A stretch of DNA of 64,000 bases from Octopus sinensis (taxonomy: Eukaryota): positions 21,886,001-21,950,000 of the forward strand of contig NC_043000.1 in NCBI RefSeq assembly GCF_006345805.1. The letters are read 5' to 3'. This document shows, piece by piece, positions 39,261-53,024 of the stretch. Made by a program: the position numbers and the translations under genes. Each line of letters begins with the position of its first letter. Positions within the stretch are counted from its first letter, which is position 1. The notes below the pieces were generated by a model. The model saw only the letters and a program-made list of their open reading frames with translations. It had not been told where the DNA came from and made no database searches.

Positions 39261-41079
39261 GGAAAAAGAGCTGCTACTGATTATTCTCACTCTTCTAAAT
39301 GTAACTACGTAGCTCCTCTTACTATCACAATATTACCCATTTCTCCAAGTAAACTAGAGCAACATATAATGAAGGGTTCTGCTCGAGAACACAACACATT
39401 ATTCAGTCAAGGAACTGAAACCACAATCTTACAATCATGAGCCCAACAGCCCTAACTGCTAAGCCACATGCTTCTGCTAAATAGCACAGAGCAACCAGTA
39501 ATTTCAGAACCTTTTACTCAAGCAGCAATGAATATATAAACATTGACACACATTCATGCAACCAGACACACACCCACCGCCTATATGCACCCACACACCC
39601 ACACACACAAAACAGGTTTCCAACATTTTCTAATTCCCTCACAAAGTATTAAATAACTTGGAGCTTTAGTGAAGACACATAAGGTGCCATGCCAAGTGAC
39701 TGAACCCTAAACCATGTGGCTGCAAAGCTAACTACATAACCATGAAGTCATATCTGTGTCTATACACACACACACACAATAGCAAAAAAGGGTTACAAAT
39801 TATGTCGAAATAGATTAAGTTGGGACAGAAATATATACAACTGGGCAATTATTTAAACAACATGTATAGCAATGAGATAAAAATTATTCCATTTGCTATT
39901 TTATGGTATGTCTTACTGACAGTTAAAAATAAGACATTCCACAATGTTAGCTCTCATGATAATCCAATAAACTATATCCAAATACCAGCTGTGAGAAACA
40001 CAACAGAAATTGTCTTCAGCAAATTAAAAGGCATTAAGACTATGAAAATAAATATAAATAGGAGTTATGGTAATTTAAGAGAGAAAATATGATAATGTTA
40101 AGGTTTTATTAGCCAGAAGAGAAGGCAGTGCCCATAACTTTTCAAAGTGTTAGGTCATTTGTGAGGTCTCTTATGAGTGCTACTGGTAACATGGAATCCA
40201 GTACAACTTGTTGCATGGTTGGGTCATCAGCAACTAAACCAGCACCCTGACTAGACTTGCCTAGTGAGGTGGGTTGCCAGAAACTCGGTCAGACTAAAAA
40301 CAAGACCTGTCAAAAGGTCAGATGAACTTAGTGTAGGTTCAACAATTATCTAACAAAAGTATGGGCCCTCAGAAATTCTATATTGGTGTCCAGTATGCTG
40401 TTATCACTTTAAAGATGTCTTAAATATTGATTTCATATTTTGGCATAAAGCTAGTAATTTTGGGAAAGAAGGTAAGTCAATGAAATCAACCCCAGTGGTC
40501 AAATGCTAATTATTTTACCGATCCCAAAAAGGCAAAGCCAACCTCAGCAGAATTTGAACTCAGAACATAAAGACGGATGAAATGTCTCTAAGCAAATTGC
40601 ACAGTGTGTTAATGATTCTGCCAGCCCACCACCTTAAGCAAGTCCTAAATATTGAGATGCATTGACAAAATAGTTCAGGATGCAGAAAAACAAATTGTTG
40701 AATCTGCTTTATTTGATTAGCAGCTGTGCCATCTTAAGTTTTCATATAATAAACACCCCCAATGGCTTGCAACTGACACCAAAGAAGAAACAAAGGGTAA
40801 AGTTGAAACTTATTTCAGGGAAATCAATACTCCACTGGGAGATATAATGGCGTGTGCAAACGATGATGTTGCTTTTATGGTTCATTTCTTATTTAAAAAT
40901 ACTGTCTTTGATTGCTGTATTTTCTTTCCATATGCTGTAATAAAAACTGTCAACCTTTTCAAATTAAATGCACTTCAAATTTATCTCTTTTGAGAACATT
41001 GTGATCAAAATGATGAATAGTTTGCACTGCTACATCTCACTTTAATGCCGATACATAGGAGAGAGGCATCTTTTATCTT

Positions 41080-41445
41080 TGACTAGTTTCTGTCATTGGA
41101 CTGCAGCCATGCTTGAATAATTTTTATTCAAATGATCAACCCCACTACTCATTTTTTTAAAGCCTGGTACTTATTCTATCAGTCTCTTTTGCTGAACAGC
41201 TAAGTTATAGGGATGTAACCACACCAACATCAGTTGTCAACCAGTGGTAAGGGAGAAAGACAGACAGATGGACGGACAGACATACTACAAGCTTTTTACA
41301 GTTGCTGTCTACCAAATCCATTCACAAGGCTTCGGTCAGTCCAAGGCTATAGCAGAAGATACTTGCCCAAGATGCTGTGAAGTAGGACTCAACTGGGAAT
41401 CGTGGTTGGGAAGCAAACTTCTTACCACAGAACCACACCTGCACC
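41080..41445 (-). mobile_element. SINE family A, diverged
   Basis: Tail, core and head in reverse. Confidence 0.8.
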
Positions 41446-42129
41446 TATAGTATGATAGCTATTAAAAAGTAATTGCCTTCATCACTTTATGGTTGTACTT
41501 AAGTCATTTCTGAATAGAAAGTAGCTTGATGAACAGTTGATTGCTGTCTGTTGTGATATATTTTACCTTTCAGATGAATCTGAAAAGCTTAATTTGTTGA
41601 GCAAGCAATTATACATTGCAAAAGGGCTGTTACTGATTTCATTTGTAAGCACAATCTATCCAAAATCAGTAATAGGATGTCACGAGTTAATGCAAGTTAC
41701 CATTGACACTGAACAGCATGATCAGCATGCTGATAACATGCATATATGGCAGAATGGAAGTAGTAGAGATAGTAGTATTAATGACACGGTGGCACAATCA
41801 TGTGAGAATGTGATATTGACAGAGCAATGTAATAGCATAATGACATTGATATTGATGTAATGGGATGTGGACATAATAGATAGGAAAGAAAAACAATTAC
41901 TTTTAAATGTAAATAAGGCATCATGTGTGGATATTAGGTAACTGAGGATGTTGTGAAGTGCATGTGAGGATTTTAATCAGTAAGAAGGAGTTAGAGGCAA
42001 GCTAGTTGGTTATTGATACTTTAAGGAGTGGTTGTATCTAAGCAGAAAATTAACTGCCGTTTGTAATAGTCATGGTGTTGCAAGAATCCCCAAACAGTAA
42101 GTTGAAGATAGAAAGGATTTGGAGATTTA

Positions 42130-42480
42130 TAATAATAATAATGAAATTATTGTATACAGTGCTCAGGTGCACTACAACTTGTCAAAAGTGCGTATAAAGC
42201 GTATGCAGTCACGTACAAATGTCTGGGAAGTGAACAGTGTAGGAGTCAGATACATGCTTGTGTGTGTATTGAGGGGAGAAAATCAGGTGTAGTGTTGGCG
42301 AATCTCAGGAAGCATGGAACTTTTGAAGGATGCAGTGCTCCGACAACTAACAACTGATGCCGGCAGTTTGTTCCATACTTCAACAACTCAGCATGAAAAA
42401 ATATTTCCGAAAGTCATGGGAGCTGTGCTGTTTTCTGACTTTGTAAACATGTCCACGGGTGTTAGACAGGTGGAGTTTGA
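42130..42480 (-). mobile_element. CR1/L2-type LINE 3' end
   Basis: Minus strand TRGHVYKVRKQHSSHDFRKYFF...VVEVWNKLPASVV, with an (ATT)n tail. Confidence 0.85.
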
Positions 42481-42844
42481 CATGTCAGGTGACAGTTTTC
42501 AGCAAACTAACTTTCTCGTTGGATATCCAATAAATGCACTCTTAAATGATCAAGTAACTTCTAATTAATTTCTCCCATTAAAAATAAACCAAAGAGTTAG
42601 TTTTTTGGGGGGGGAGATGCAGGTAAAGCAGTCAGAGATATGGAAAGTGAACCTGCAACTGTGTAGGATAGTATGTCCTCACCTACATCCTATCTGCTAT
42701 TATTTACCATAGTGCTGCCTCCTGAAACATATTCATGTGTGTGTGCACATGGATTCTCATATTCTCTCTTAACAAATGATAAATTATTCAAAACACTAAT
42801 ATCTCTTTGTTTATCATAATTTTTCTGTACGTTTCTCAGTAATC

Positions 42845-43385
42845 ATTGGCCGATGCCAGTGGCACATAAAAAGCACCATTCAAGTGTGGCTTATGCAAGT
42901 GCTGCTTGACTGGCAACCATGCCGGTGGCATGTAAAATGCACCATTCAAGTGTGGCCAATGTCCAGGCTGCCTGATAGGTTCCTGTGCCAGAGGCACGTA
43001 AAAAAGCACCCACTACACTCTAGGAGTGGTTGGCATTAGAAAGGGCATCTAGCTGTAGAAACCTTGTCAAATCAGACTGGAACCTGGTGCAGCCTCTCGG
43101 CTTGCCAGTTTTTAGTCAAACCATCCAACCCATGCTACATGGAAAGCAGACGTTAACCCTTTTGTTACTGTATTTATTTTGAGATGCTCTGTTTCTTTCA
43201 ATTACTTTAAATATAACAAAGAATTTAGTAAAATAACTTACTTATCATTAAGTTAATGTTAGGAACATAAATTGTGACTAAGGTTTGGTGGAAGATTTTA
43301 ATTCAAAACTTATGTAAACAAGACATTTGTACTCAGAGCCGGTTTCAGCAAGGTTGGTAACAAAAGGGTTAAATGATGAGGATGA
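42845..43385 (+). mobile_element. SINE family B, tail interrupted by a MITE
   Basis: The GACG-TTAA-ATGATGAGG tail is split by the 43157 MITE. Confidence 0.8.
43157..43368. mobile_element. piggyBac-like MITE, full length
   Basis: TTAA TSD on both sides; TIR CCCTTTTGTTAC / GTAACAAAAGGG. Confidence 0.9.
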
Positions 43386-44391
43386 TGCACATCACTATTC
43401 ATATTACACATATATATACATATACCTGCATATATGTACATGGGTACATATACACACATATATACAGAATGCCAAATTTCACGTAACACATTCAACCAGA
43501 CATTAGTTGCATAAGCCATTAGGGGAAACTTGAAGACCAAATCATCATGAATTTTACAACACATGCACACACACGTACACAAATATATCATCATCATCAT
43601 CATCATCAAACATCTACTTACCCTGCTAGTATGGATTAGATGGTTTGACAGGTGTTGGTGAGTCAGAAGATTGTAGCAAGCTTAACTTCAGCTTTAGCAT
43701 GATATCTACAGCTGAATGCCCTTCCTAATGTCAACCACTTCACAGAGTGTATTGGATTCTTTTTTTTGTGGCACCAGCACCCTCAAGATCACCAAGTAAC
43801 TTGCAAGGTAAGATTCCTCAAGTGAGGGAGAAGTAGTATTATAGAAAGCAGTTTTGCTTCAATCCAGTTCTAAATGACTGATGTGGTGCCGTATAATAGA
43901 GGAGGTAACATCACACCAAAACATGCATAGTAATCCACTGACAGCACTGGAGCTTGGCATGATATGTTTTTACACTAAGTCAATTTCTCTGCAATGAAAT
44001 TTCATAAATGCTTTTCATATTGTAGTGTACAGGAAGATGTTAAAAATAAATGTACACTTCTTTAGTCTGATTCTTGCTGCTTTGTGTGTTTACACAAAAT
44101 TAATCCAAGCTTGACAAGCTTCAGCTAATACTAGCAAATATTTTGTAGCTATTTTCTATATAAGGACAGAAGTTCTGACCTAGCTCTAAATAACTGAATT
44201 GGTGTCTACTACTGAGGAGGCAAAAACCACACTGAAACACCATGTCTAGTAGTCAGCTAACATTATTTGAAGTTCAGCCTGATGTACCATTACACTCAAA
44301 GTCCATAAGGAGAAATATTTTTCATGGACAAAACCCTGTAGTGAACACATTTCATGTAGTATACAAAAATGAATAAACACATCTTCATTAT

Positions 44392-44393
44392 AA

Positions 44394-44470
<77 letters not shown>

Positions 44471-44495
44471 CATACAGATACACACACACATTCAC
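44392..44495. repeat. (TA)n/(TG)n/(CA)n microsatellite
   Basis: Directly visible. Similar tracts at 2310, 3795, 11585, 17405, 44925, 49490 and 62225. Confidence 0.95.
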
Positions 44496-44918
44496 TCTCT
44501 CTCTCTCAAGCAAATTTTTTTAAGTGCATCCCATTAAACAGATGCCAGACTTAATGATTCTCATGAGTATAATTATGTCAATTTATGTCTTGCTTTGCTC
44601 AGAAACAGAAGTGTAAGTAAACAAAATTATTGAGTTGTCTTAACCAAAATATTCAAATTTCTAACTTGTGTTGAGCATAGTTGTTTTGACATTTTATTTG
44701 TTCCTATCACATGAAATAAAAAGCTAAAGACACCAAATATTTTCATGTAGAATATGAAAATTGTAAATCAATTAATGAAAATGTATTTGTCAGAAAAATA
44801 TTGCAAAAGGCTATTGAACTGGTTCAAATTGTATTTATCTTTTACTTGTTTCAGTCATTAGACTGCAGCCATGCTGGGACACTGCTTGAAGAACTTCAAA
44901 CAAATTACCCCAACACAG

Positions 44919-44956
<38 letters not shown>

Positions 44957-46257
44957 CTCGCTCAGAGATTTAGAGCTAATTATTTTCCTCTTTACAAGAT
45001 CAGTAACTATGTGTCACTTTAAAAGTATATACCTCGAACAAGGCCTAGTGCTGCCATCTCTAGCCAAAGGTTATCCTGTACCGATGAAGAAAAAATAACT
45101 CAGAAACCATGGTCCGCAGGTACCATTTAAGGCTGAATGGGGACATTAGCTCCCTTGTTCGAAGTATAAGGACGCAGTTGTGTATCAGTAGCCAGCTTGA
45201 AATGATATTTTCCTGGGGCTAAAAAAGGTAGTAACATCGTCCTAATCAGGACTGGCACTTTACGTTGGCAAATAGATTTTGCACTGTAGTACTGTTGCAA
45301 CTTACTCCTCACTCAGAAATTTAAAACTAATTGTTTTCTTCTTGCCTCAAGCAGAGGAAAAAGAAGGAAAAGGCATGCATATATATATGAGTTATTTAGA
45401 TGCTTTCCAGTTTCTATATTTTAAACACTGGAGATTATGAGTGAGTAAAATACAAAAAATAATTCATGAATTTAATTTTTTAAATACATGTCCGCTCTCT
45501 CTTCAAGTAACACTAATCTTGAACCCAAACCCGTCTGACCCTATTTCTTTACAAGACTGTAATTTAAGAATAAAACACGTATTTCAAGAAAACATTTAGG
45601 AAAAAATGCAAACAAACAAGGAAGTTATGGTTGGTTGTGTATTCCGAACTGGAAAATGAGTGAGAGGAGTGAAAGAAAAAACAGAAAAATCATATTACTT
45701 TTATTTAGATTCAATAAAATTTTCCACCAAAAAATAGAAAATAAAAGTAAGACAAGTGGGATTTACACTGCATATACATGCTGAAACAGGATTTATAAGA
45801 AATATATATCATTTAATATAGGTGCAAACAGGGTCTTGTGATTATGAACATAGCTTCGTAACCACATGGTTTCCAATTCATTCCCCCCTCCTATCACCAT
45901 TATTCAAGGCATTTAGTTAATATGTTAATCCAACATTGTTGAATGGAAAACATTTCAGTACTTCAGGTTATCAAGAAGTGAAATTTGATTTTCCAAGACA
46001 AAACTTGAAAGCGGCTTCTTAGAAAGTGAAACCATGAGTGAAAGTAAACCTGTTGCTAGCTATTGTAGATACCAAAAAGTATACAGTATGACGTTACTAT
46101 AGTAATCCCTCACCATATCACGGTTCACCTATCAGTTTATTACTTAAGCTTACGTCAATTCCTCCATGATGTTGTTTTGCATTTATAATAAAAAATAAAT
46201 ATATAAAAATTATAAAAATATACAGAAAAGAACAGTTTCTACTTCATAGATTTTCAC

Positions 46258-46308
46258 CTATTGCAAGGAGCTTTAGAATGTAACGCCCACGATAGTCGAG
46301 GGCTTACT
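46258..46308 (-). CDS. Weak candidate exon, 51 nt (VSPRLSWALHSKAPCN)
   Basis: Acceptor GCTTTGTTCACAG, donor TAG|GTGAAA; the SPRL...C spacing recalls the MAM LxSP...C motif. Confidence 0.2.
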
Positions 46309-46757
46309 CTGTGAACAAAGCATGACTTAATTACTCATGTACATCGAATGTTAATAGAAGAAATATTACAATTACTTTTCTGAAAAATTATGGCCTTCCC
46401 CAAATTTGATTTTGTTCTGCTTGTGCTGAGGGTCACGAGATCAGTGAAGATCCCTCCCACACACACACACAGGTGGACAACTATGAAAGGTGTACCAAAA
46501 ATGTTTGCAAACATATTTTTGTAAGAAAAATTATCAGTAGTGCAAGTGTGTATAAGCTCTTATATTATTGAGTATATATAGCAAGCATTAAAAAGTAAAA
46601 GTTCATAACAACACTTTCATTTCTCTACCTCTCTGGCAAAAGAAATATTTTCACTTTTTGACCTGGGAAATATCGACTTCTGGCAAGATAAATACTTTCT
46701 CTTTCACAGGGGGCCTAAAAATGAAGAAATGCTGATATTTTGGGGGTTTTTTTCTTC

Positions 46758-47140
46758 ACTTGTTTGTCATTTGACTGCGGCCATGCTGGAGCACTGCCTT
46801 TACTCAAGCAAATTGATCCCAGGACTTATTCTTTGGAACCTAGTACTTATTCTATCAGTCTCTTTTGCCGAACCACTAAGTTACAAGGGATGTAAAGACA
46901 CCAACATCGGTTGTCAAGCAATGGTAGGGGAACAAACACAGACCCACAAATACATACATATATACATACTTACATACATACATATATATATGGGTTTCTT
47001 TCAGTTTCTGTCTACCAAATCCACTCACAAGGCTTTAGTTGACCTGAGGCTATATTAGAAGACACTTGCCCAAGGTGCCACGCAGTGGGACTGAACCCAG
47101 AACCATGTGATGGGGAAGTAAGCTTCTTACCACACAGCCA
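46758..47140 (-). mobile_element. SINE family A, near full length
   Basis: Reverse of the family sequence. Confidence 0.9.
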
Positions 47141-47229
47141 CTTTTTAATAATAAAAAATAAGTCATTAAGAATAATAAATGAGAATATGATCTCTCTCTC
47201 TCTTTCTCTGTGTATGTATATACCATTGC

Positions 47230-47490
47230 CATCATCATCGTTTAACTCCGCTTTCCATGCTGGCATGGGTCAGACAGTTTGACATGGAGCTGGCTAGCAG
47301 AGAGTTGTCCAGACTTCAACTGTCTGTTGAGACATGGTTTCTATGGCTGGATGCCCTTCCTAATACGAATCACTTAACAGAAATGCTGGGTGCTTTTTAC
47401 ATGCCACCGGCATGGCTGCATATATGCAGCACCAGCATGGGTGTGTTAATGCAACACCAGAACATAAGCTTTTTAAATGATACCAGCACC
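47230..47490 (-). mobile_element. SINE family B
   Basis: CATCATCATCGTTTAACTCCGC tail in reverse. Confidence 0.8.
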
Positions 47491-47539
47491 TGAAAGGACA
47501 AGCTCTATGGTTAAGTTTGATTCAGTACCTTGGACTGGC

Positions 47540-47915
47540 TGAGTGGTAAGTAACTTGCTTACCAACCACATGGTTCCAGGTTCAGTCCCACTGTGTGGTA
47601 CCTTGAGCAAGTGTCTTCTACTATAGCCCCTGGCCTTGTGAGCAGATTTGGTAGACGGAAACTGAAGGAAGCCTGTCATATGTATGTATGTGTATATATA
47701 TATGTGTGTGTGTATATGTTTATTTGTCTGTGTTTGTCCCCCCAACATCGCCTGACAACCGACACTTGAGTGTCCCCCGTAACTTAGCAGTTCGGCAAAA
47801 TAGACTGATAGAATAAGTACTAGGCTTACAAAGAATAAGTCCTAGGGTTGACTTGCTCGACTAAAGGCGGTGGTCCAGCAAGGCCACAGTCAAATGACTG
47901 AAACAAGTAAAAGAG
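47540..47915 (+). mobile_element. SINE family A, full length
   Basis: Head, core and tail all present. Confidence 0.9.
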
Positions 47916-49489
47916 TACCAGAGCACCAAAAGCTGAGTGAGTGAATTTAGATGAATGAAACTAAAAGTTGTGCGTGTGTGTGAGTGAGATAGGGTAAGAC
48001 AAAGCATGTGTGTTTGAACCTTCTTGAAGAAAAAGTGGTTGTGCAGGAATGGAGGACACAAAGTGTATGCTTATAGAATGTGGGTAGAGAGGAAAAGATG
48101 GTAGGGAAATTTTTTCTGGTTTAATACAGGAAGTTTTTTTAGTACAATCAGATGCATGTAAAGCAAGGTATTACATGTAAATTTGAACAGCAGTTTTTGT
48201 GGGTTAAAGGTTTTCTTATGATTAATCAAGATTTTTTTTTGTATAGATTTGTTATTATTAAAAATCATAAATTGGTATTGTGACTTTACTCTGAACACTG
48301 CTACAAGTCAAATCAAACAGATATCTATAAACATAGGTTTTTATAAATCCAAAAATAATACAATGCCAAAACCAATATTTTTAGCACACAATCAGAAAAC
48401 AGTTTGATACAGTGGTTTCCAAACTTTTTGAACACAAGTATAATAATGTTACACAACAAAATAGATATCTGATCAAACAGCAAAGAAAATTATCAGTTTA
48501 TGTTATTAAAACATTAATTATATTAATTTTTCAGTATATTATATGAACAACAACTCTATTACTTCTAAACAAAGTTAAGATGAAATGACAATAGGATTAT
48601 ATTTTTAAGAATTTTTTTCAAATGAAGCTACTTAAATAAGAAGCAGGAGCCTAATTAATGCCTTGTGACTTTTTCTCAAGTATCACGAAATATTTCAAAC
48701 AGACAAACTTTTATTTCCTCATCAGTATAGAAAAGTCTTGCCTTCTTTTTGCATGCAATGTTTATTCAGTCATTCATTGTTCTACATCTGTTTTTCAATG
48801 TTATTATTGAGGCATTATTTTACAGCCAAATGAAATAGATGCAGATATAGCTGTGTGGTTAAGAAGCTTGCTTCCCAATGATATGGTCTCAGGACCAGTG
48901 CTACTGCATGGCACCTTGGGCAAGTGTCTTCTACTGTAAACCTGAGACAATCAAAGCCTTGTGAGTGGATTTAGTAGATGGAAGCTGAAAGAAGCCCATC
49001 ATGTGTGTGTGTGTCCTTGACTAGAAATCAGGCTATAGTTTTAAATAAGCAATATCATCATACAAGTAATGTTCATTTCCAGTCTTCTGTAAAAACATGT
49101 CTGGTCATTAAAAATTTTACCTGGCCTGGAAACAAGAGAGGGTTGGCAACAAGAAGGCCATCAGGCTATAGACAATTTGCCTCAACAAATTCTGTCCATC
49201 TGCTCCATGCAAGCATGAAAAAATTAGACAATTATACGATGATAATGGTTTTCTTTCTGTCGCTAATCTATGTTTTTCAAGTAAGGGGTGTTTTCATACC
49301 CCTTGTTTTCAAAAGTGAGGAGATACAGAATGGTTTGTTGGCAGGGAATGTCAACATAACACCATTTGTTTTTTGCTCAAGCAGCTTCATGCAAAGATGC
49401 TGAATCTAAATATATACACATATATATATGCATGTACACACGTGTGTATAATATATATGCCAGCATGGAAAGCAGACATTAAACAACGA

Positions 49490-49535
<46 letters not shown>

Positions 49536-49566
49536 TATATATCATATGTACAAGCATATATATATA

Positions 49567-49809
49567 CAGGGTTGGCCAAAAGTCACCCGACAGTAAACCA
49601 AAATTCCATAAATACTTAATATTCAATTTTATTTATTCATTCCAATTATGAATTTTTAATAATTGAATGCTGTGAGTTAAAAATCACCATTTTTTTCCCC
49701 CTCAACATTTGCCTATTTATTAGCAAAGTTTCATATAAAATAATTTTTAGTTTTAATCTTAGAATTATACGGTTTAAATTTACTGTCAGGTGACTTTTGG
49801 CCAACCCTG
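49567..49809. mobile_element. Tc1/mariner MITE
   Basis: TA TSD; TIR CAGGGTTGGCCAAAAGTCACC / GGTGACTTTTGGCCAACCCTG. Confidence 0.92.
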
Positions 49810-49959
49810 TATATGCACATGTACATATGTGATGGGCTTCTATACAGTTTCTCCCATCTTTTTATTCCATCACTTAATATTTTTGACACCTCAGTAACTA
49901 TCGCTGATGAACATGCTGCTTTACCAACTTTCAACTTATACTTTCTGTGAAGATGTGTG

Positions 49960-50230
49960 GCTTAGAGGTGAGGGTATTCAGCTCACAGCCATAAGTTTGT
50001 GAGTTTGATTCCTGGCTGTGCACTGTGTCCTTGAGCAAGACTCTTTATTTCACATTGATCTAGTCTACTCAGTTGGCAAAAATGAGTTGTACCAGTAATT
50101 CAAAGGACCAGCCTTGTCACATACTGTTTCATGCTGAATCTCCCTGAGAACTGCATTAAGGACACACATGTCCGTGGAATGCTCAGCCGCTTGCACATTA
50201 TTTTCACAAGCAGCTTCCAGTTATCTTCTA
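49960..50230 (+). mobile_element. SINE family D
   Basis: Matches 33030-33380. Confidence 0.78.
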
Positions 50231-50364
50231 CATTCTAACAGTTGCAGGACATAATGTTAATGAATAAAATTTGCGACCAAAACAAAGGAGGATCAGTCAT
50301 TTGAGCATTACTCCATAAATGTTATGAAACAAATATTTTAAAATCATTATTAAAACAACCGATG

Positions 50365-50530
50365 TTGGTGTGTTTATGTCCCCATAACTTAGCGGTTCAG
50401 CAAAAGAGACCGATAGAATAAGTACTAGGCCTACAAAAAATAAGTCCTAGGGTCGATTTGCTCGACTAAGGGCGGTGTTCTAGCATGGCCGCAGTCAAAT
50501 GACTGAAACAAGTAAAAGAGGAAAGAGTAA
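50365..50530 (+). mobile_element. SINE family A, 3' half
   Basis: Tail sequence. Confidence 0.88.
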
Positions 50531-50844
50531 AATTAAATTATTGCTTACTGCAAACTTAGAAATACCATATTATCATTCATTTTCTTGAATGATTGCACAT
50601 AAAACACAATCATTTTCCTGAAAAATTATATAAGGCACACAGTAATGTAGCTGGGGTGGGGGCATGAAGAGGAACCTGCAAGGGCAACATTTTTATGGGA
50701 GGAGCACTTATGGGGTCTGCTGTATCAGTCTGTACAAGCTTATACAGGGTGGTGGGAACTCAAGGGCTGCCCCCAGTGGTATACACCCTATGCCTCTGAA
50801 GCTGTAAAAGAAAATATCCAGAAATTGTTAAATTTGGAAATTAC

Positions 50845-51195
50845 TCTTTACTCTTTTACTTGTTTCAGTCATTTGACTGTGGCCATGCTGGTGCATTGCC
50901 TTTAGTCAAGCAAATCGCCCCTAGGACTTATTCTATCGGTCTCTTTTGCCAAACTGCTAAGTTACAGGGATGTAAATACACCAAGTGATGTTGGGGGGGG
51001 GGAAACACAAACACACACATACATATATATATAGAGAGAGATATATACGACGGGCTTCTTTCAGTTTCTGTCTACTAAATCCACTCACAAGGCTTTGGTA
51101 GGCCCAAGGCTATAGTAGAAGACACATGCCCAAGGTGCCATGCAGTGGGACTGAACCCGGAATTATGCGGCTCGTAAGCAAGCTACTTACCACAC
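50845..51195 (-). mobile_element. SINE family A
   Basis: Reverse of the family sequence. Confidence 0.88.
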
Positions 51196-51233
51196 AAGCA
51201 CTATAAAGAATATATAAAAATAAAGTAACATAC

Positions 51234-51342
51234 CTTGCTTCGGTAATACTGAATCCATATTCCAAATGTCCAAGTTATTAGCATGGGTTCATATTTATTT
51301 TGTAAGAAGTAACTAATTTGTTACAATATGAAAAATTGTCAA
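51234..51342 (-). other. Candidate exon with strong splice sites but no fully open frame
   Basis: Acceptor TTTTTTTTTCAG, donor AAG|GTATGT; all three frames contain a stop. Confidence 0.35.
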
Positions 51343-52256
51343 CTGAAAAAAAAACGGAAAATTAGCATAATCTAAATGTTCTTCACAAAATGAGTATGAG
51401 ATATTTTGGCACAGCCATTTTGGTGTCATTGATCTGACAAGGACTTATTTGACATCATACATTCTAATGGGTCTCTCATTCTCCCTCGCCCTCTGTTTAA
51501 GCATGTGAACATCTAGTTATGTTTGTAATTGCATTCTGGGTACGACTTTAAACTGCATCTGATAGTGGTGCCCTGGTCCAAGAGTTCCAGGATTTTTGAG
51601 GAATGTGGAACCACTTCTTAGCCACTATGGCTCTCTGGTCTACTCTGACCCAGAGTAGTAACACATGTCAGAGTCCCAGCTGTGTGTTAACTAGCTTATT
51701 AGGGCTTGCCTACTTATGCATGTAAAGACTGGATCCAGTGGACCCTGTGGAAGAAGCCTTCAGGGTTCAACAGAAGTGAAGGCAGCTGCAGTAACACATT
51801 GTGGAGTGGAGAGAGCAAGATGAAGCAATAAGACATCTTGGTCAGCCACTGCATCCATCTCCATCCTTAGTTCTTGACCTGTTCTTGTGCACAAGCCTTC
51901 TTCACTTTAAACAGTCATCACATAAGTGATCAGTGATCCTTAATAATACTAGCTGGTCCTCATTGCTCCAACAGATGAACATGATGTTTGTGTGCATGTG
52001 TAACCTCTCTCTCTCTCTATCTTTCTCTAAATCAGGCTGAATGTCCAGTCAGCTGTGCCAAATCAACAGCATCTAAACAACCATGTCCAATCATCTCATT
52101 CTGCTTCATGATGTTTATAGTTTAATCACAAATCAATAATTAAAAATGTTATTAACATATACTTCCCCAGGATTATTTGAGACACATTCATTTTGTTCCA
52201 GTTGTTATGTGGCCTCTTAATTTTAGTATTGGAAATTTAAATTCTAGAATATAGTA

Positions 52257-52445
52257 GAAGCTGGTGGCATGTAAAAAGCACCCACTGCACTCTCAGATGG
52301 GTTGGCATTAGGAAAGGCATCCAACTGAAGAAACCTTGCCAGATCAGAGCCTGGTGCAGCCTCCTGGCTTGACAGTCCTGAGTGAAACCGTCCAACTCAT
52401 GCCAGCATGGAAAGTGGGCGTTAAATGATGTTGATCATGATGAAG
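52257..52445 (+). mobile_element. SINE family B
   Basis: Same body and tail; further copies near 43600, 54030 and 59695. Confidence 0.8.
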
Positions 52446-52724
52446 TTACAGAAGAATGCTAGTTCCATGTTGACACTTTTTTAGCACTTTAACATTCACA
52501 TTATTCACTCAAGAGCTTGTAGCTTTGAGATTTTGATGAGCTATTAATTTTTAGAATGATATTGTAGGATCGGTGTGAGAGGTAAGATCTGGACAGTTTG
52601 AACATAAAATGCATAGAATATTTTAGCTGTATATGGCTGGTTTAAATAATAAAGTGTTAAATAGTTTGAACAGATTAGATAATGGTACATTCATACAATG
52701 AATATCTCAATCACTCTTATTTAA

Positions 52725-52945
52725 CCCTTTCATTACTGTATTTATTTTGAGATGCTCTGTGTTTCTTTCAATTGTTTTAAATAAAACAAAGAATTTAGTA
52801 AATTAACTTCGTTATCATTAAGCTAGTGTTAGGAACATAAATTTTAACTAAGATTTGGTGGAAGATTTGAATTCAAAACTTATGGAAACAAGACATTTAT
52901 ACCAAAGAGCCAGAGCCGGTTTCAGTTGGGTTGGTAACGAAAGGG
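52725..52945. mobile_element. piggyBac-like MITE, full length
   Basis: TTAA TSD on both sides; same family as 43157. Confidence 0.9.
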
Positions 52946-53024
52946 TTAAAAGATTTTTCTAAGAAGTGAATAATGAATCGGTTTAGATTGGTTTATGGCT
53001 GCCACAAACTCTCAGACATTGGTA

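Noticed and set aside
41574-41644. Plus-strand exon (ESEKLNLLSKQLYIAKGLLLISF) with good splice sites
   Set aside because: Isolated; I could not find partner exons, and it abuts decayed LINE-like sequence. Could be chance.
44245-44345. Minus-strand exon SLWTLSVMVHQAELQI, vaguely MAM-like
   Set aside because: Ends in a stop, weak donors, and could not be phased to the other exons.
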